Shown here piece after piece: positions 55,549 to 64,000 of a stretch of 64,000 bases of DNA (positions within the stretch are counted from its first letter, which is position 1; every line of letters begins with the position of its first letter). Source of the stretch: an uncultured bacterium (lineage in GTDB: Bacteria; Cyanobacteriota; Vampirovibrionia; Gastranaerophilales; Gastranaerophilaceae); the NCBI GenBank assembly GCA_945915465.1, contig CAMEFF010000002.1, forward strand, positions 25,648-89,647. The letters are read 5' to 3'. A program made the position numbers and the translations under genes. The notes under the pieces were generated by a model. The model saw only the letters and a list, made by a program, of their open reading frames with translations, was not told the DNA's origin and ran no database searches.

Positions 55549-57207
55549 ATGCAAAAAGAAGAGATAAAAGATTTATTAAATGTTGATTTAGCACCGTTAA
55601 GTGAAAATGAAATTACAAAGTCGGAACTTGAAGGTTTGGACGCTTGTTTGCTGGATTTGTCAGCTTTGATAAGCCCTGAGACCTTCAGTATTTACAAAAA
55701 ATTTGTTGTAATGAAACAAAATGCACCTGTTGGTATGAAAACCGAACTTTTTAATGTAATAAAAAATTATATCAAAGAGAAAATTTCTCAAAAATGCTTT
55801 GCTGATGCGATTTTTATGCAACGATTTTTGTTAGTGAAGTCGGTTGTGCAACCTCAAATTTATTTTGATGTTGCCGAAAATTTGTTTTCTTTGGATTTTG
55901 AAAAATCATCAGAAAGTTTTGCAAAGATTTATCAACGCACAGAAAGCAATTTGCCGTTAAAACTTTTAACCTTGGGAAATTTTTACAATATTTCGCTAAA
56001 GGATTACAAGACTGCGATAAAATTTTACGAACAGTATTTGAAAATTGATGCCTCAAAATCCGTAATTTATACGATATTGGGCAATTTGTACAAAAAAGCG
56101 TATGGTGATGACTCGCTAAACGAACAAATTTATTACTATGAACAGGCTCATTTACTAAAACCTAATGACAGATTGCCTTTGCACTGCCTTGCGTTTGGTT
56201 ATGAAAAACTTAAAAATAACGAAATGGCGAAGAAATATTATCAGAAATTGTTGAAAAACAATTCGACCCCGACTGATTATTATAATTATGGCGGTTTTTT
56301 GATTAGTTGCGGAGATTTGCAAAATGGGCATAAATATTTAACTTACAGATTTAAACTTGATGATGTAAATTTGAAATATCCGCAAAATTTAGACCTTTCA
56401 AAAAAATGGGATTTTAAACAGGATTTGAAAGATAAAACGTTACTAATCCACTATGAACAAGGTTTTGGGGACACTTTTATGTATTGTAGATTTGTTCCGC
56501 AATTTAAAAACTTGGCAAAAAAAGTTATTTTTGTCGTGCAAAAGGAAGTTTTTGAGGTGATAAAATCTTCACCTTTGATTAGTGAGGAAATTGAAATTTT
56601 GCCTGATAATATTGAGTTGTCACAGGTTGACTATGACTTTAATATGGCACTTTTAGATTGCCCGTTTGCTCTTCAAATTGTTGTTGAAGATTTACCGTTT
56701 ACGCAAGGTTATTTGACGGTGTCTGAAGAAAAAATAGAGAAATATCGCAAAAATAATTTAAGAGGCAGTAAAAATTTAAAAGTCGGAATAGCCTATCAGG
56801 GCAATAAATCCGCCAATTATAACGGACGAGATATTGAATTTAGCAAGTTCGAAAAATTGTTGGAGTTGGAAAAAGTTGATTTTTATTCCTTCAATATGGA
56901 TTTTACCTCTGAAAATGGCAACATAATAAATCTTTCAAATACCTTTAATACTTTTGAAGATACCGCTTGTGCCTTGAAAAATATGGATGTCGTGGTGAGT
57001 TCGGATAATGTAATTTTGAATTTGGCAGGTGCATTAGGTGTTCCGACACTCGGATTATTCAACAAATACCCGAATTTCAGATGGTTCAAATTGTCAGGTG
57101 AGAATGTCGGTTGGTATGACAGTGTCAAACCGTTGCAAGCCGAAGGAGAAAATCAATGGATGCCGGTGATTTCAAGGGTTATGAATTATATAAAAACTCG
57201 AATTTAG
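55549..57207 (+). CDS. TPR-repeat protein fused to a GT9-like (heptosyltransferase-fold) glycosyltransferase domain
   Basis: TPR-like repeats (AIKFYEQYLKIDAS, YYYEQAHLLKPND, MAKKYYQKLLKNN), then LLIHYEQGFGDTFMYCRFVPQF and a GT-B-like C-terminal half. Confidence 0.65.
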   Translation: MQKEEIKDLLNVDLAPLSENEITKSELEGLDACLLDLSALISPETFSIYKKFVVMKQNAPVGMKTELFNVIKNYIKEKISQKCFADAIFMQRFLLVKSVVQPQIYFDVAENLFSLDFEKSSESFAKIYQRTESNLPLKLLTLGNFYNISLKDYKTAIKFYEQYLKIDASKSVIYTILGNLYKKAYGDDSLNEQIYYYEQAHLLKPNDRLPLHCLAFGYEKLKNNEMAKKYYQKLLKNNSTPTDYYNYGGFLISCGDLQNGHKYLTYRFKLDDVNLKYPQNLDLSKKWDFKQDLKDKTLLIHYEQGFGDTFMYCRFVPQFKNLAKKVIFVVQKEVFEVIKSSPLISEEIEILPDNIELSQVDYDFNMALLDCPFALQIVVEDLPFTQGYLTVSEEKIEKYRKNNLRGSKNLKVGIAYQGNKSANYNGRDIEFSKFEKLLELEKVDFYSFNMDFTSENGNIINLSNTFNTFEDTACALKNMDVVVSSDNVILNLAGALGVPTLGLFNKYPNFRWFKLSGENVGWYDSVKPLQAEGENQWMPVISRVMNYIKTRI

Positions 57208-57235
57208 GTTTTGCTTGACAATATTTATATGCAGG

Positions 57236-57266
57236 AAAAAGGAACCTTTTAAGGTTCCTTTTTTTG
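57236..57266. terminator. bidirectional terminator between the TPR-GT gene and lysS
   Basis: AAAAAGGAACC-TTTTAA-GGTTCCTTTTT. Confidence 0.75.
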
Positions 57267-57290
57267 TTAAAATACTGTGCAATCAATGAA

Positions 57291-58793
57291 TCAGTCACGT
57301 TTTTTCAATGTTGGGAATGCAATAACGTCACGGATTGAAGGTGAATTTGTTAATAACATAATCAATCTGTCGATACCTAAGCCCAAACCGCCCATTGGAG
57401 GTACCCCGTGTTCTAAGGCACAGATGTAATCTTCATCAATCGGCATTGCTTCTTCATCGCCTGCTGCTTTTGCTGCCATTTGAGCCTCAAATCTTGCTCT
57501 TTGGTCAAGCGGGTCAGTCAATTCGGAAAAGGCGTTACAGATTTCCCAGCCGTTTACACGAGTTTCAAAACGTTCCGTCAATCTAGGGTTGTCTCTGTGA
57601 ACTTTTGAAAGCGGTGAAATATCTTTCGGGTAATCGTAAATGTGGATAGGTTGAATCAATGACGGTTCAATTTTTTCCTCAAATACTCTTTCTACAACTT
57701 GCCCCCATTTGTCGCAATCATCAGCATCAACGTGAACGGAATGTGCTTTTTCTTTTGCTTCTTCAACTGTTTCAATCTTGCCAAAGTCGATACCTGTTGC
57801 TTCTTCGATAGCACCAAGCATGGTTTTTCTGTCCCAAGGCGGAGTCAAATCAATTTCGTTTTCCCCGTATTGGATTTTTGTAGTTCCTAAAACTTCTTTT
57901 GCAACGTAGGCTACCAAGTTTTCGGTCAATTCCATCATATCATTGTAATCAACATAGGCTTGATACAATTCCATCATTGTAAATTCAGGGTTGTGACGAG
58001 TGTCGATACCTTCGTTTCTGAAACTTCTGTTAATTTCAAAAATCTTTTCGCTTACACCGCCAACCATAAGTCTTTTTAAGTACAATTCAGGAGCGATTCT
58101 CAAATACATGTCCATATCAAGTGTGTTGTGGTGAGTGATGAACGGTCTTGCGTTTGCTCCACCTGCTTGCGGGTGAAGCATAGGTGTTTCAACTTCCATA
58201 AATCCACGACCGATTAGGTATTCTCTAACTTTTTGGATAATCAAACTTCTTTGTTGGAAAGTTTTTTTAACGTCTTCATTCACAATCATGTCAACGTATC
58301 TTTGACGATATTTTGTTTCAACATCTGTTAAACCGTGGAATTTTTCAGGTAGCGGCAACAAAGATTTTGACAAAATTTTCAATGATTGAGATTTAATTGT
58401 CAATTCTCCACGAGGAGTTCTTCTAACAGAACCGTAAAAACCAACGATATCACCGATATCAATACTTTTTAAGGTTTTCATATCTTCTTCCGATAAGTTT
58501 TCTTTATGTGAAAATACTTGGATTTTTCCTGAAGCGTCAACAAGGTCAATAAACATACCTGTGTTACGGTTTGCCATCACTCTGCCTGCAACATGGTAGC
58601 AATCTTCAGTTTCTTCACCTGCCGGCAAATCTTTGTATTTATCTTGCAAATCTTCTGCCATTATATCTTTATCGTAACCGTACGGATAAGGGTTCAAACC
58701 TCTTTCTCTCAAATTATTCATCTTTTGGATTCTGACTTGTCTGATTTGGTTTTGAGAAGAATTAGATTCTTGAGTTTTTTCTTTTTGAGTCAT
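57291..58793 (-). CDS. lysS: lysine--tRNA ligase (class II)
   Basis: OB-fold N-domain and class II motifs (FRNEGID..HNPEFT; GGLGLGIDRL). ATG 58793 is preceded by AAGGAG 6 nt upstream; the track start 58817 is TTG. Confidence 0.95.
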   Translation of the reverse strand: MTQKEKTQESNSSQNQIRQVRIQKMNNLRERGLNPYPYGYDKDIMAEDLQDKYKDLPAGEETEDCYHVAGRVMANRNTGMFIDLVDASGKIQVFSHKENLSEEDMKTLKSIDIGDIVGFYGSVRRTPRGELTIKSQSLKILSKSLLPLPEKFHGLTDVETKYRQRYVDMIVNEDVKKTFQQRSLIIQKVREYLIGRGFMEVETPMLHPQAGGANARPFITHHNTLDMDMYLRIAPELYLKRLMVGGVSEKIFEINRSFRNEGIDTRHNPEFTMMELYQAYVDYNDMMELTENLVAYVAKEVLGTTKIQYGENEIDLTPPWDRKTMLGAIEEATGIDFGKIETVEEAKEKAHSVHVDADDCDKWGQVVERVFEEKIEPSLIQPIHIYDYPKDISPLSKVHRDNPRLTERFETRVNGWEICNAFSELTDPLDQRARFEAQMAAKAAGDEEAMPIDEDYICALEHGVPPMGGLGLGIDRLIMLLTNSPSIRDVIAFPTLKKRD

Positions 58794-59007
58794 TTTTTTC
58801 TCCTTTTTGTTAGTCAATTTAACAATATGCTTGATTGTAACATAAAAATTTTTAACTTTATATATTAATATTAGGAAAAGTTAAGCCTAAGGTTAAGATT
58901 TTTCAAATATTGTTGACAAAAAATTATGAGCGAATAAAATTAGAATATCGTAGAATACTAAATTAATAGTAGTATATAGTAAGACAAAAAAGAAGGAGAT
59001 TAATCTC

Positions 59008-60216
59008 ATGGCACGTGAAAAGTATGAACGTACGAAACCGCACGTTAACGTAGGTACAATCGGCCACGTTGACCACGGTAAAACTACATTGACAGCAGCT
59101 ATTACCGGTACATTGGCTGCAGCAGGTCAAGCAGCAGCTAAAAAATTCGATGAAATCGATGCTGCTCCTGAAGAAAAAGCAAGAGGTATAACCATTTCAA
59201 CAGCTCACGTTGAATACGAAACAGAAAAAAGACACTATGCTCACGTTGACTGCCCAGGTCACGCTGACTATGTTAAAAACATGATTACAGGTGCGGCTCA
59301 AATGGACGGTGCAATTCTTGTAGTTGCAGCAACTGACGGTGCTATGCCTCAAACTCGTGAACACATTTTGCTTGCTCGCCAAGTTGGTGTTCCTAACCTA
59401 GTTGTATTCTTGAACAAATGCGATATGGTTGATGATCCTGAATTGTTAGAATTGGTTGAAATGGAAGTTAGAGAATTGCTTTCTTCTTACGATTTCGACG
59501 GTGACAACATTCCGTTCATCCACGGTTCTGCATTGAAAGCTTTAGAAGCAGTTCAAGCTAACCCATCTATCAAACGTGGTGAAAACGAATGGACAGATAA
59601 GATTTGGGAATTGATGGATGCTTTGGATTCTTACTTCCCGGATCCTGTTAGAGATTTGGATAAACCATTCTTGATGCCAATCGAAGATATCTTCTCTATC
59701 ACAGGTCGTGGTACAGTTGCTACAGGCCGTGTAGAACGTGGTATCGTTAAAGTTGGTGACGAAGTTGAATTAGTTGGTATCAAACCTACTAAGAAAACAA
59801 CAGTTACAGGTGTTGAAATGTTCAGAAAATCTCTTGATCAAGGTCAAGCTGGTGACAACATCGGTGCATTGCTTCGTGGTGTTGATAAAACTGAAATCGA
59901 ACGTGGTCAAGTTTTGGCTAAACCTGGTTCAATTCACCCACACACTAAATTCACAGCTAACGTTTACGTTTTAACTAAAGAAGAAGGCGGACGTCACACT
60001 CCATTCTTCCCAGGTTACAGACCTCAATTCTATATCAGAACAACTGACGTTACAGGTTCAATCCAATTTGAAGGTCAAATGGTAATGCCTGGTGATAACG
60101 TTGTTATGAACGTTGAATTGATCGCTCCGGTAGCAATCGAAAAAGGTATGAGATTCGCTATCCGTGAAGGCGGACGTACTGTTGGTGCTGGTGTTGTAGA
60201 TACAATTATCGAATAA
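59008..60216 (+). CDS. tuf: elongation factor Tu
   Basis: [27 protein letters not shown] motifs. Full length, 402 aa. AAGGAG RBS. Confidence 0.98.
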   Translation: MAREKYERTKPHVNVGTIGHVDHGKTTLTAAITGTLAAAGQAAAKKFDEIDAAPEEKARGITISTAHVEYETEKRHYAHVDCPGHADYVKNMITGAAQMDGAILVVAATDGAMPQTREHILLARQVGVPNLVVFLNKCDMVDDPELLELVEMEVRELLSSYDFDGDNIPFIHGSALKALEAVQANPSIKRGENEWTDKIWELMDALDSYFPDPVRDLDKPFLMPIEDIFSITGRGTVATGRVERGIVKVGDEVELVGIKPTKKTTVTGVEMFRKSLDQGQAGDNIGALLRGVDKTEIERGQVLAKPGSIHPHTKFTANVYVLTKEEGGRHTPFFPGYRPQFYIRTTDVTGSIQFEGQMVMPGDNVVMNVELIAPVAIEKGMRFAIREGGRTVGAGVVDTIIE

Positions 60217-60240
60217 TAACGGCAAATAACAATAAGAAAA

Positions 60241-60273
60241 AAGACTTGATAGAAATATCAAGTCTTTTTTTGT
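60241..60273. terminator. bidirectional terminator (tuf on + ; RHH operon on -)
   Basis: AAGACTTGATA-GAAA-TATCAAGTCTT with A/T runs on both sides. Confidence 0.85.
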
Positions 60274-60334
60274 TTTTACCTTACTTAATCTTTACGAATT
60301 GTATTTTCCCCAACGAAACTTTTTCATTTCATTT

Positions 60335-60514
60335 TTAATCTTCTAATAAACTTTCTAAAAGTTTAGCATTAGATTGTGCTCTGCGATGATGCAACATATA
60401 TTGATTAATACTTGATTTGATGGCATCCGTATTATTCTCCATTTTTGCATCTTCTTTGTCCAGCAATTTTATGTACTCGTACACGGACGATGTTTGATAA
60501 CTGCTATTTGGCAT
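60335..60514 (-). CDS. small ORF, 59 aa, below the track cutoff (MPNSSYQTSSVYEYIKLLDKEDAKMENNTDAIKSSINQYMLHHRRAQSNAKLLESLLED)
   Basis: ATG is the rc of 60512-60514, preceded by AAGGTGG. Lies 51 nt downstream of the RHH gene on the same strand and ends before the shared terminator. Confidence 0.5.
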   Translation of the reverse strand: MPNSSYQTSSVYEYIKLLDKEDAKMENNTDAIKSSINQYMLHHRRAQSNAKLLESLLED

Positions 60515-60565
60515 TTTCCACCTTCTTCCTTTTCTTTAATTTTATTTCCCCTAAATAGTTTTTGC

Positions 60566-60754
60566 TTACCCTAACAGTGTATCAAGAAGTTCCGCATTTG
60601 TCACGGCTTTTTTGCTATTTCTTAATTGACTTCTATACATATAAGTTCTTAATGCTTCTCTGATTAGTTCAGATCTTGTGCGATTTTCTGAATTTGCCAC
60701 TGTGTCAATTTCGTCTAGAAATTTCTCAGGCATTGAAATAAGTACTCTTGCCAT
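60566..60754 (-). CDS. ribbon-helix-helix (CopG/MetJ-Arc superfamily) DNA-binding protein
   Basis: MARVLISMPEKFLDEIDTVANSENRTRSELIREALRTYM is a typical RHH beta-strand plus two helices. AAGGAG RBS. Confidence 0.8.
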   Translation of the reverse strand: MARVLISMPEKFLDEIDTVANSENRTRSELIREALRTYMYRSQLRNSKKAVTNAELLDTLLG

Positions 60755-60786
60755 TTTAACTCCTTTATTTTTCCTTTTGTAATCCC

Positions 60787-60826
60787 CTTACATATTTATA
60801 AAGTATTTTGATATTAAAAAATTGCT
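60787..60826 (-). promoter_or_regulatory. promoter/operator-like block upstream of the RHH gene (duplicate at 695-734)
   Basis: The 23-nt identity with 695-717 lies 33-55 nt upstream of ATG 60754 and contains TATAAA on the minus strand. Confidence 0.4.
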
Positions 60827-60963
60827 CTTTTTTTATTCATTTTGTATATAATCGTAATATATCGTAATAATTAATAAACCTTTACATAAAAGAAAAAGGC
60901 TATATTAAAGAATTGGTTTGAAGTACAATAGATTTATAAGTATAGTAAAAGAAGGAAAAATAA

Positions 60964-62061
60964 ATGTTAAAAACAGGAATAGTAGGGCTTCCAAATGTTG
61001 GAAAATCGACTTTATTTAATGCGTTGACAAATGCAAGAAATGCTCAGAGTGCGAATTATCCGTTTTGTACAATCGAGCCGAATATCGGAGTTGTAGATGT
61101 TCCGGACGAAAGATTGCCGATTTTAGCAAAACTTTGTAAAACAGATGTAATCATACCGACAGCGATTGAATTTGTTGATATTGCTGGTTTGGTAAAAGGA
61201 GCGAGCAAGGGTGAAGGATTAGGAAACCAATTTTTGCAAAATATCAGAGAAGTTGATGCAATTATTCAGGTGGTAAGATGTTTTGATGACGAAAACACCA
61301 TTCATGTCGAGGGTAAAGTTGACCCGATTAGTGACATTGAAACGATTAACACGGAACTTGCACTTGCGGATATGGCATCTGTTGAAAAACGTCAGGCAAG
61401 AATTTCTAAAGTTGTTAAATCAGGGGATAAAGAGGCAGTTTTAGAGGATAAGGTTTTAACAAAACTTGCTAAATTATTATCTGATTGTACGTTCATTGAT
61501 ATCAAAAAACACTTTGATGAAGATGAATTGCCTGTTGTTAAAATGTTGAATTTGTTGTCAACAAAACCTGTAATTTACTGTGCGAATGTTTCTGAATTTG
61601 ATTTGAAAAACGGCAACGATTATACACAAAAAGTTGCGGAATATGCTAAAACACACGGTGCTGAAATGGTTGTAATTACTGCAAAAATTGAAGAAGAACT
61701 TGCCGATTTAGGTAAAGAAGAGGCAGAAGAATACCTGAAAGAACTTGGAATCGAGGATAGCGGAATTAACAGAATGATTAAATCAGTTTATAATCTTTTG
61801 AATTTGAGAACTTTTATCACCGCAGGGGAAAAAGAAGTTCGTGCTTGGACTATTACTGCAGGAACTAAGGCTCCGCAAGCGGCAGGTGTTATCCACACTG
61901 ATTTTGAAAAAGGCTTTATTCGTGCAGAAATCACTCCTTATAAAGACTTTGTTGAACTTGGTTCTTATGTTGCATGCAAAGATAAAGGTGTTACAAGACT
62001 TGAAGGTAAAGATTATGTTGTTCAAGACGGAGATTTGGTTCACTTCAGATTTGCCGTATAA
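60964..62061 (+). CDS. ychF: ribosome-binding ATPase YchF
   Basis: GIVGLPNVGKSTLFNALT, DIAGLVKGASKGEGLGNQFL and C-terminal TGS-like GFIRAE...GKDY.VQDGD motifs. Confidence 0.95.
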   Translation: MLKTGIVGLPNVGKSTLFNALTNARNAQSANYPFCTIEPNIGVVDVPDERLPILAKLCKTDVIIPTAIEFVDIAGLVKGASKGEGLGNQFLQNIREVDAIIQVVRCFDDENTIHVEGKVDPISDIETINTELALADMASVEKRQARISKVVKSGDKEAVLEDKVLTKLAKLLSDCTFIDIKKHFDEDELPVVKMLNLLSTKPVIYCANVSEFDLKNGNDYTQKVAEYAKTHGAEMVVITAKIEEELADLGKEEAEEYLKELGIEDSGINRMIKSVYNLLNLRTFITAGEKEVRAWTITAGTKAPQAAGVIHTDFEKGFIRAEITPYKDFVELGSYVACKDKGVTRLEGKDYVVQDGDLVHFRFAV

Positions 62062-62094
62062 AATATATTTTGAATTTTAATACATAAATACTAA

Positions 62095-62125
62095 AAGCAG
62101 TCATTTTTCATTGACTGCTTTTTTA
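62095..62125. terminator. bidirectional terminator between ychF and the Na/Pi transporter gene
   Basis: AAGCAGTCA (62095-62103) pairs with TGACTGCTT (62112-62120) and is followed by TTTT. Confidence 0.75.
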
Positions 62126-62150
62126 ATACAAATTTATTTGTAAAATATGA

Positions 62151-63911
62151 TTATAAACTAATTGGTTCAACCGCATATTTTGCACGGAAGGCTTCGACTT
62201 GAGCCTTAAAATCACCCGTATCCGCTTCTTTTAGTTTGTTTTTTAAAATATGTTTTGGAAGTGAGGAATTTGTTGACTGAATAATATTTGTAGCAATATT
62301 AGAACAGTGGTCTGAAATTCTTTCCAAATCGTTCAATATCTCAGCATAGGCAAAGCTTCGTTTGATGTGAGATTTGTCTTTTTTAACACGCTTGATGTGA
62401 TTTTTCTTTGCGAAATACGCAATATCATCGACCACCTGTTCAAGCGGTTCTACATGGTATGCCATTGTCAAATCGTGTCCGACAAAGGCGTTTACAGTGA
62501 CATCGAAAACCTCTTTTACCGCATTAACTACACGTTTTAATTCGTCAATGGTTTCTGGTGAGAAACTCCATTCTTTGCGGTGAATTTTGGTTGCGATACT
62601 CAAAATGTGAATTGCGTGATCTGCAATTTTTTCGTAATCAGAAATTGATAAGAACAGTTGTGAAATCTTGTTACTGTCTTCGTCTGACAATTCACGACCT
62701 GAAAGTTTTTGCAAGAAAGATTCCAAAGTATCTTGATATTTGTCGATTCTAACTTCGTTTTTGTTGATAATTTCAGAAACCTTCGGATTATATTGTTTCA
62801 ACATTCTAACAGACATAACCAATGTATCTCTTGTTATTTTTGCCATTGTTGCCGTTACTTTGTAGCATTGTGTGATTGCAAAAGACGGAGTTAGCAACAG
62901 TCTTTCGTCCAAAATAACTTCTGATTCGTTTTTCTCGTCTTTTATAACGCGTAGTGCTAATTTTTCCAAGGCTTTTGCAAACGGGAATAAAATTACAGTT
63001 GTAGCAACGTTAAAAATCGAATGAACAACCGCTATTCCAAATGGGCTAACTGCTTCCGAGAACGGGTAGTTTATAAAATAGTGACCTAGTTCGTATAACG
63101 GTAAAAAGATTAAAGCACCGAGAACGTTAAATGCAACGTGAACCACAGAAACTCGTTTTGCATTTGTTGTTACTCCGATACTTGAAAGTACGGCAGTTAT
63201 ACAAGTTCCGATGTTTTGACCGATTATAATCGGCACTGCCATTGCATAAGTAACTCCGCCAGTCATAGAAAGTGCCTGCAACATACCGACTGAAGCGGCA
63301 GAGCTTTGGATAACAGCAGTAACAACAAGTCCGACAAACAAACCGAAGATTGGATTTGCAAAGGCTGTTAAGATATGAGCAAATCTTGGGTCATCCGCCA
63401 ACGGGCTCATTGAGGATGACATCAATCCCATACCAAACATTAAGACGGCAAAACCGACAAAGAATGTGCCAAAGTTTTTCCGTCTTGAAGTGCTTTTAGG
63501 TGATGTCATAATCATTATTATGCCGATTAGGGCAAGGATTGGAGTAAAAGATTCAGGTTTTAACATTCTTATAAAGAAGTTATTACTTTGAATACCTGAC
63601 AAACTTAAAATCCATGAAGTTATTGTCGTTCCAACGTTTGAACCCATGATAACTCCGATAGCCTGCGACAATTTCATAATTCCTGAGTTTACAAACCCTA
63701 CGAGCATAACCGTTACGGCTGAGGAGCTCTGTACTGCCATCGTAATTCCTGCACCTAATAAAAGACTTTTTAACGGATTAGATGTCATTTTTTCGAGCAT
63801 CTTTTCCATCTTTCCGCCGGCAATTTTTTCAAGTCCTGCGGACATGACCATCATTCCGTATAGGAAAAATGCCAAACCTCCGCATAGTGTAAAGATAGAA
63901 AAAATATCCAT
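62151..63911 (-). CDS. Na+/phosphate cotransporter family protein with C-terminal PhoU-like domains
   Basis: Duplicated membrane repeats with QSSSA motifs (AVQSSSAVTVML; VIQSSAASVGML) and two PhoU-like helical repeats at the C-terminus. 586 aa. Confidence 0.88.
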   Translation of the reverse strand: MDIFSIFTLCGGLAFFLYGMMVMSAGLEKIAGGKMEKMLEKMTSNPLKSLLLGAGITMAVQSSSAVTVMLVGFVNSGIMKLSQAIGVIMGSNVGTTITSWILSLSGIQSNNFFIRMLKPESFTPILALIGIIMIMTSPKSTSRRKNFGTFFVGFAVLMFGMGLMSSSMSPLADDPRFAHILTAFANPIFGLFVGLVVTAVIQSSAASVGMLQALSMTGGVTYAMAVPIIIGQNIGTCITAVLSSIGVTTNAKRVSVVHVAFNVLGALIFLPLYELGHYFINYPFSEAVSPFGIAVVHSIFNVATTVILFPFAKALEKLALRVIKDEKNESEVILDERLLLTPSFAITQCYKVTATMAKITRDTLVMSVRMLKQYNPKVSEIINKNEVRIDKYQDTLESFLQKLSGRELSDEDSNKISQLFLSISDYEKIADHAIHILSIATKIHRKEWSFSPETIDELKRVVNAVKEVFDVTVNAFVGHDLTMAYHVEPLEQVVDDIAYFAKKNHIKRVKKDKSHIKRSFAYAEILNDLERISDHCSNIATNIIQSTNSSLPKHILKNKLKEADTGDFKAQVEAFRAKYAVEPISL

Positions 63912-64000
63912 TATCTAATCCCCCATAAATTTTTCATGTTTAAAATAAAATAGCTAGTCATATTTTTATTCCAAAAACTACACAGGGGCATTATCTTATA

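Overview
AT-rich bacterial chromosomal window, densely coding on both strands and mostly housekeeping. Recognised genes: prfB (programmed +1 frameshift), mscL, tag, a tripartite RND efflux operon plus a GtrA-family gene, a CHASE2-GGDEF cyclase, rsmG, flhB and a sigma-28-like factor, rsgA, a polyprenyl synthase, etfBA, ferritin, folK, waaA, rel/spoT, NfeD and flotillin, rny-ymdB, a LOG-family gene, pnuC, a J-protein, lysS, tuf, ychF, a Na/Pi-PhoU transporter, tRNA-Val(GAC) and tRNA-Gln(UUG). The combination of Kdo transferase, TolC-type outer membrane factor, flagellar export and sigma-28, EtfAB, RNase Y and a cyanobacterial-looking EF-Tu suggests a diderm, flagellated, fermentative low-GC lineage. 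My guess, by inference only and without any search, is a non-photosynthetic cyanobacterial relative (Melainabacteria/Vampirovibrionia-like). I cannot tell which observation is the intended undescribed system. The six I would follow up first are: (1) a his/trp-style leader-peptide attenuator at 43349-43577 in front of an orphan 435-aa membrane protein; (2) a four-gene operon at 52340-57207 (membrane-anchored vWA, 8-TM protein with a small beta-rich N-domain, TonB_C-like protein, TPR + GT9-like glycosyltransferase) that looks leaderless; (3) a visibly more AT-rich ~4-kb segment at 29.6-33.8 kb bounded by 107-nt near-identical direct repeats, carrying a cI/Cro-like divergent HTH pair, a catalytically degenerate tyrosine-recombinase-like gene, two glycosyltransferases and a solo LuxR HTH; (4) an NfnA-type flavoprotein plus a 65-aa Cys protein fused to an etfBA operon with no recognisable dehydrogenase partner; (5) a mosaic intergenic hairpin-repeat family with compensatory stem substitutions at four loci; (6) a promoter-to-terminator unit at 20527-20674 that looks like a stand-alone small RNA. 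No CRISPR array, rRNA or transposase was seen. All family assignments come from motifs read by eye, with no database search.
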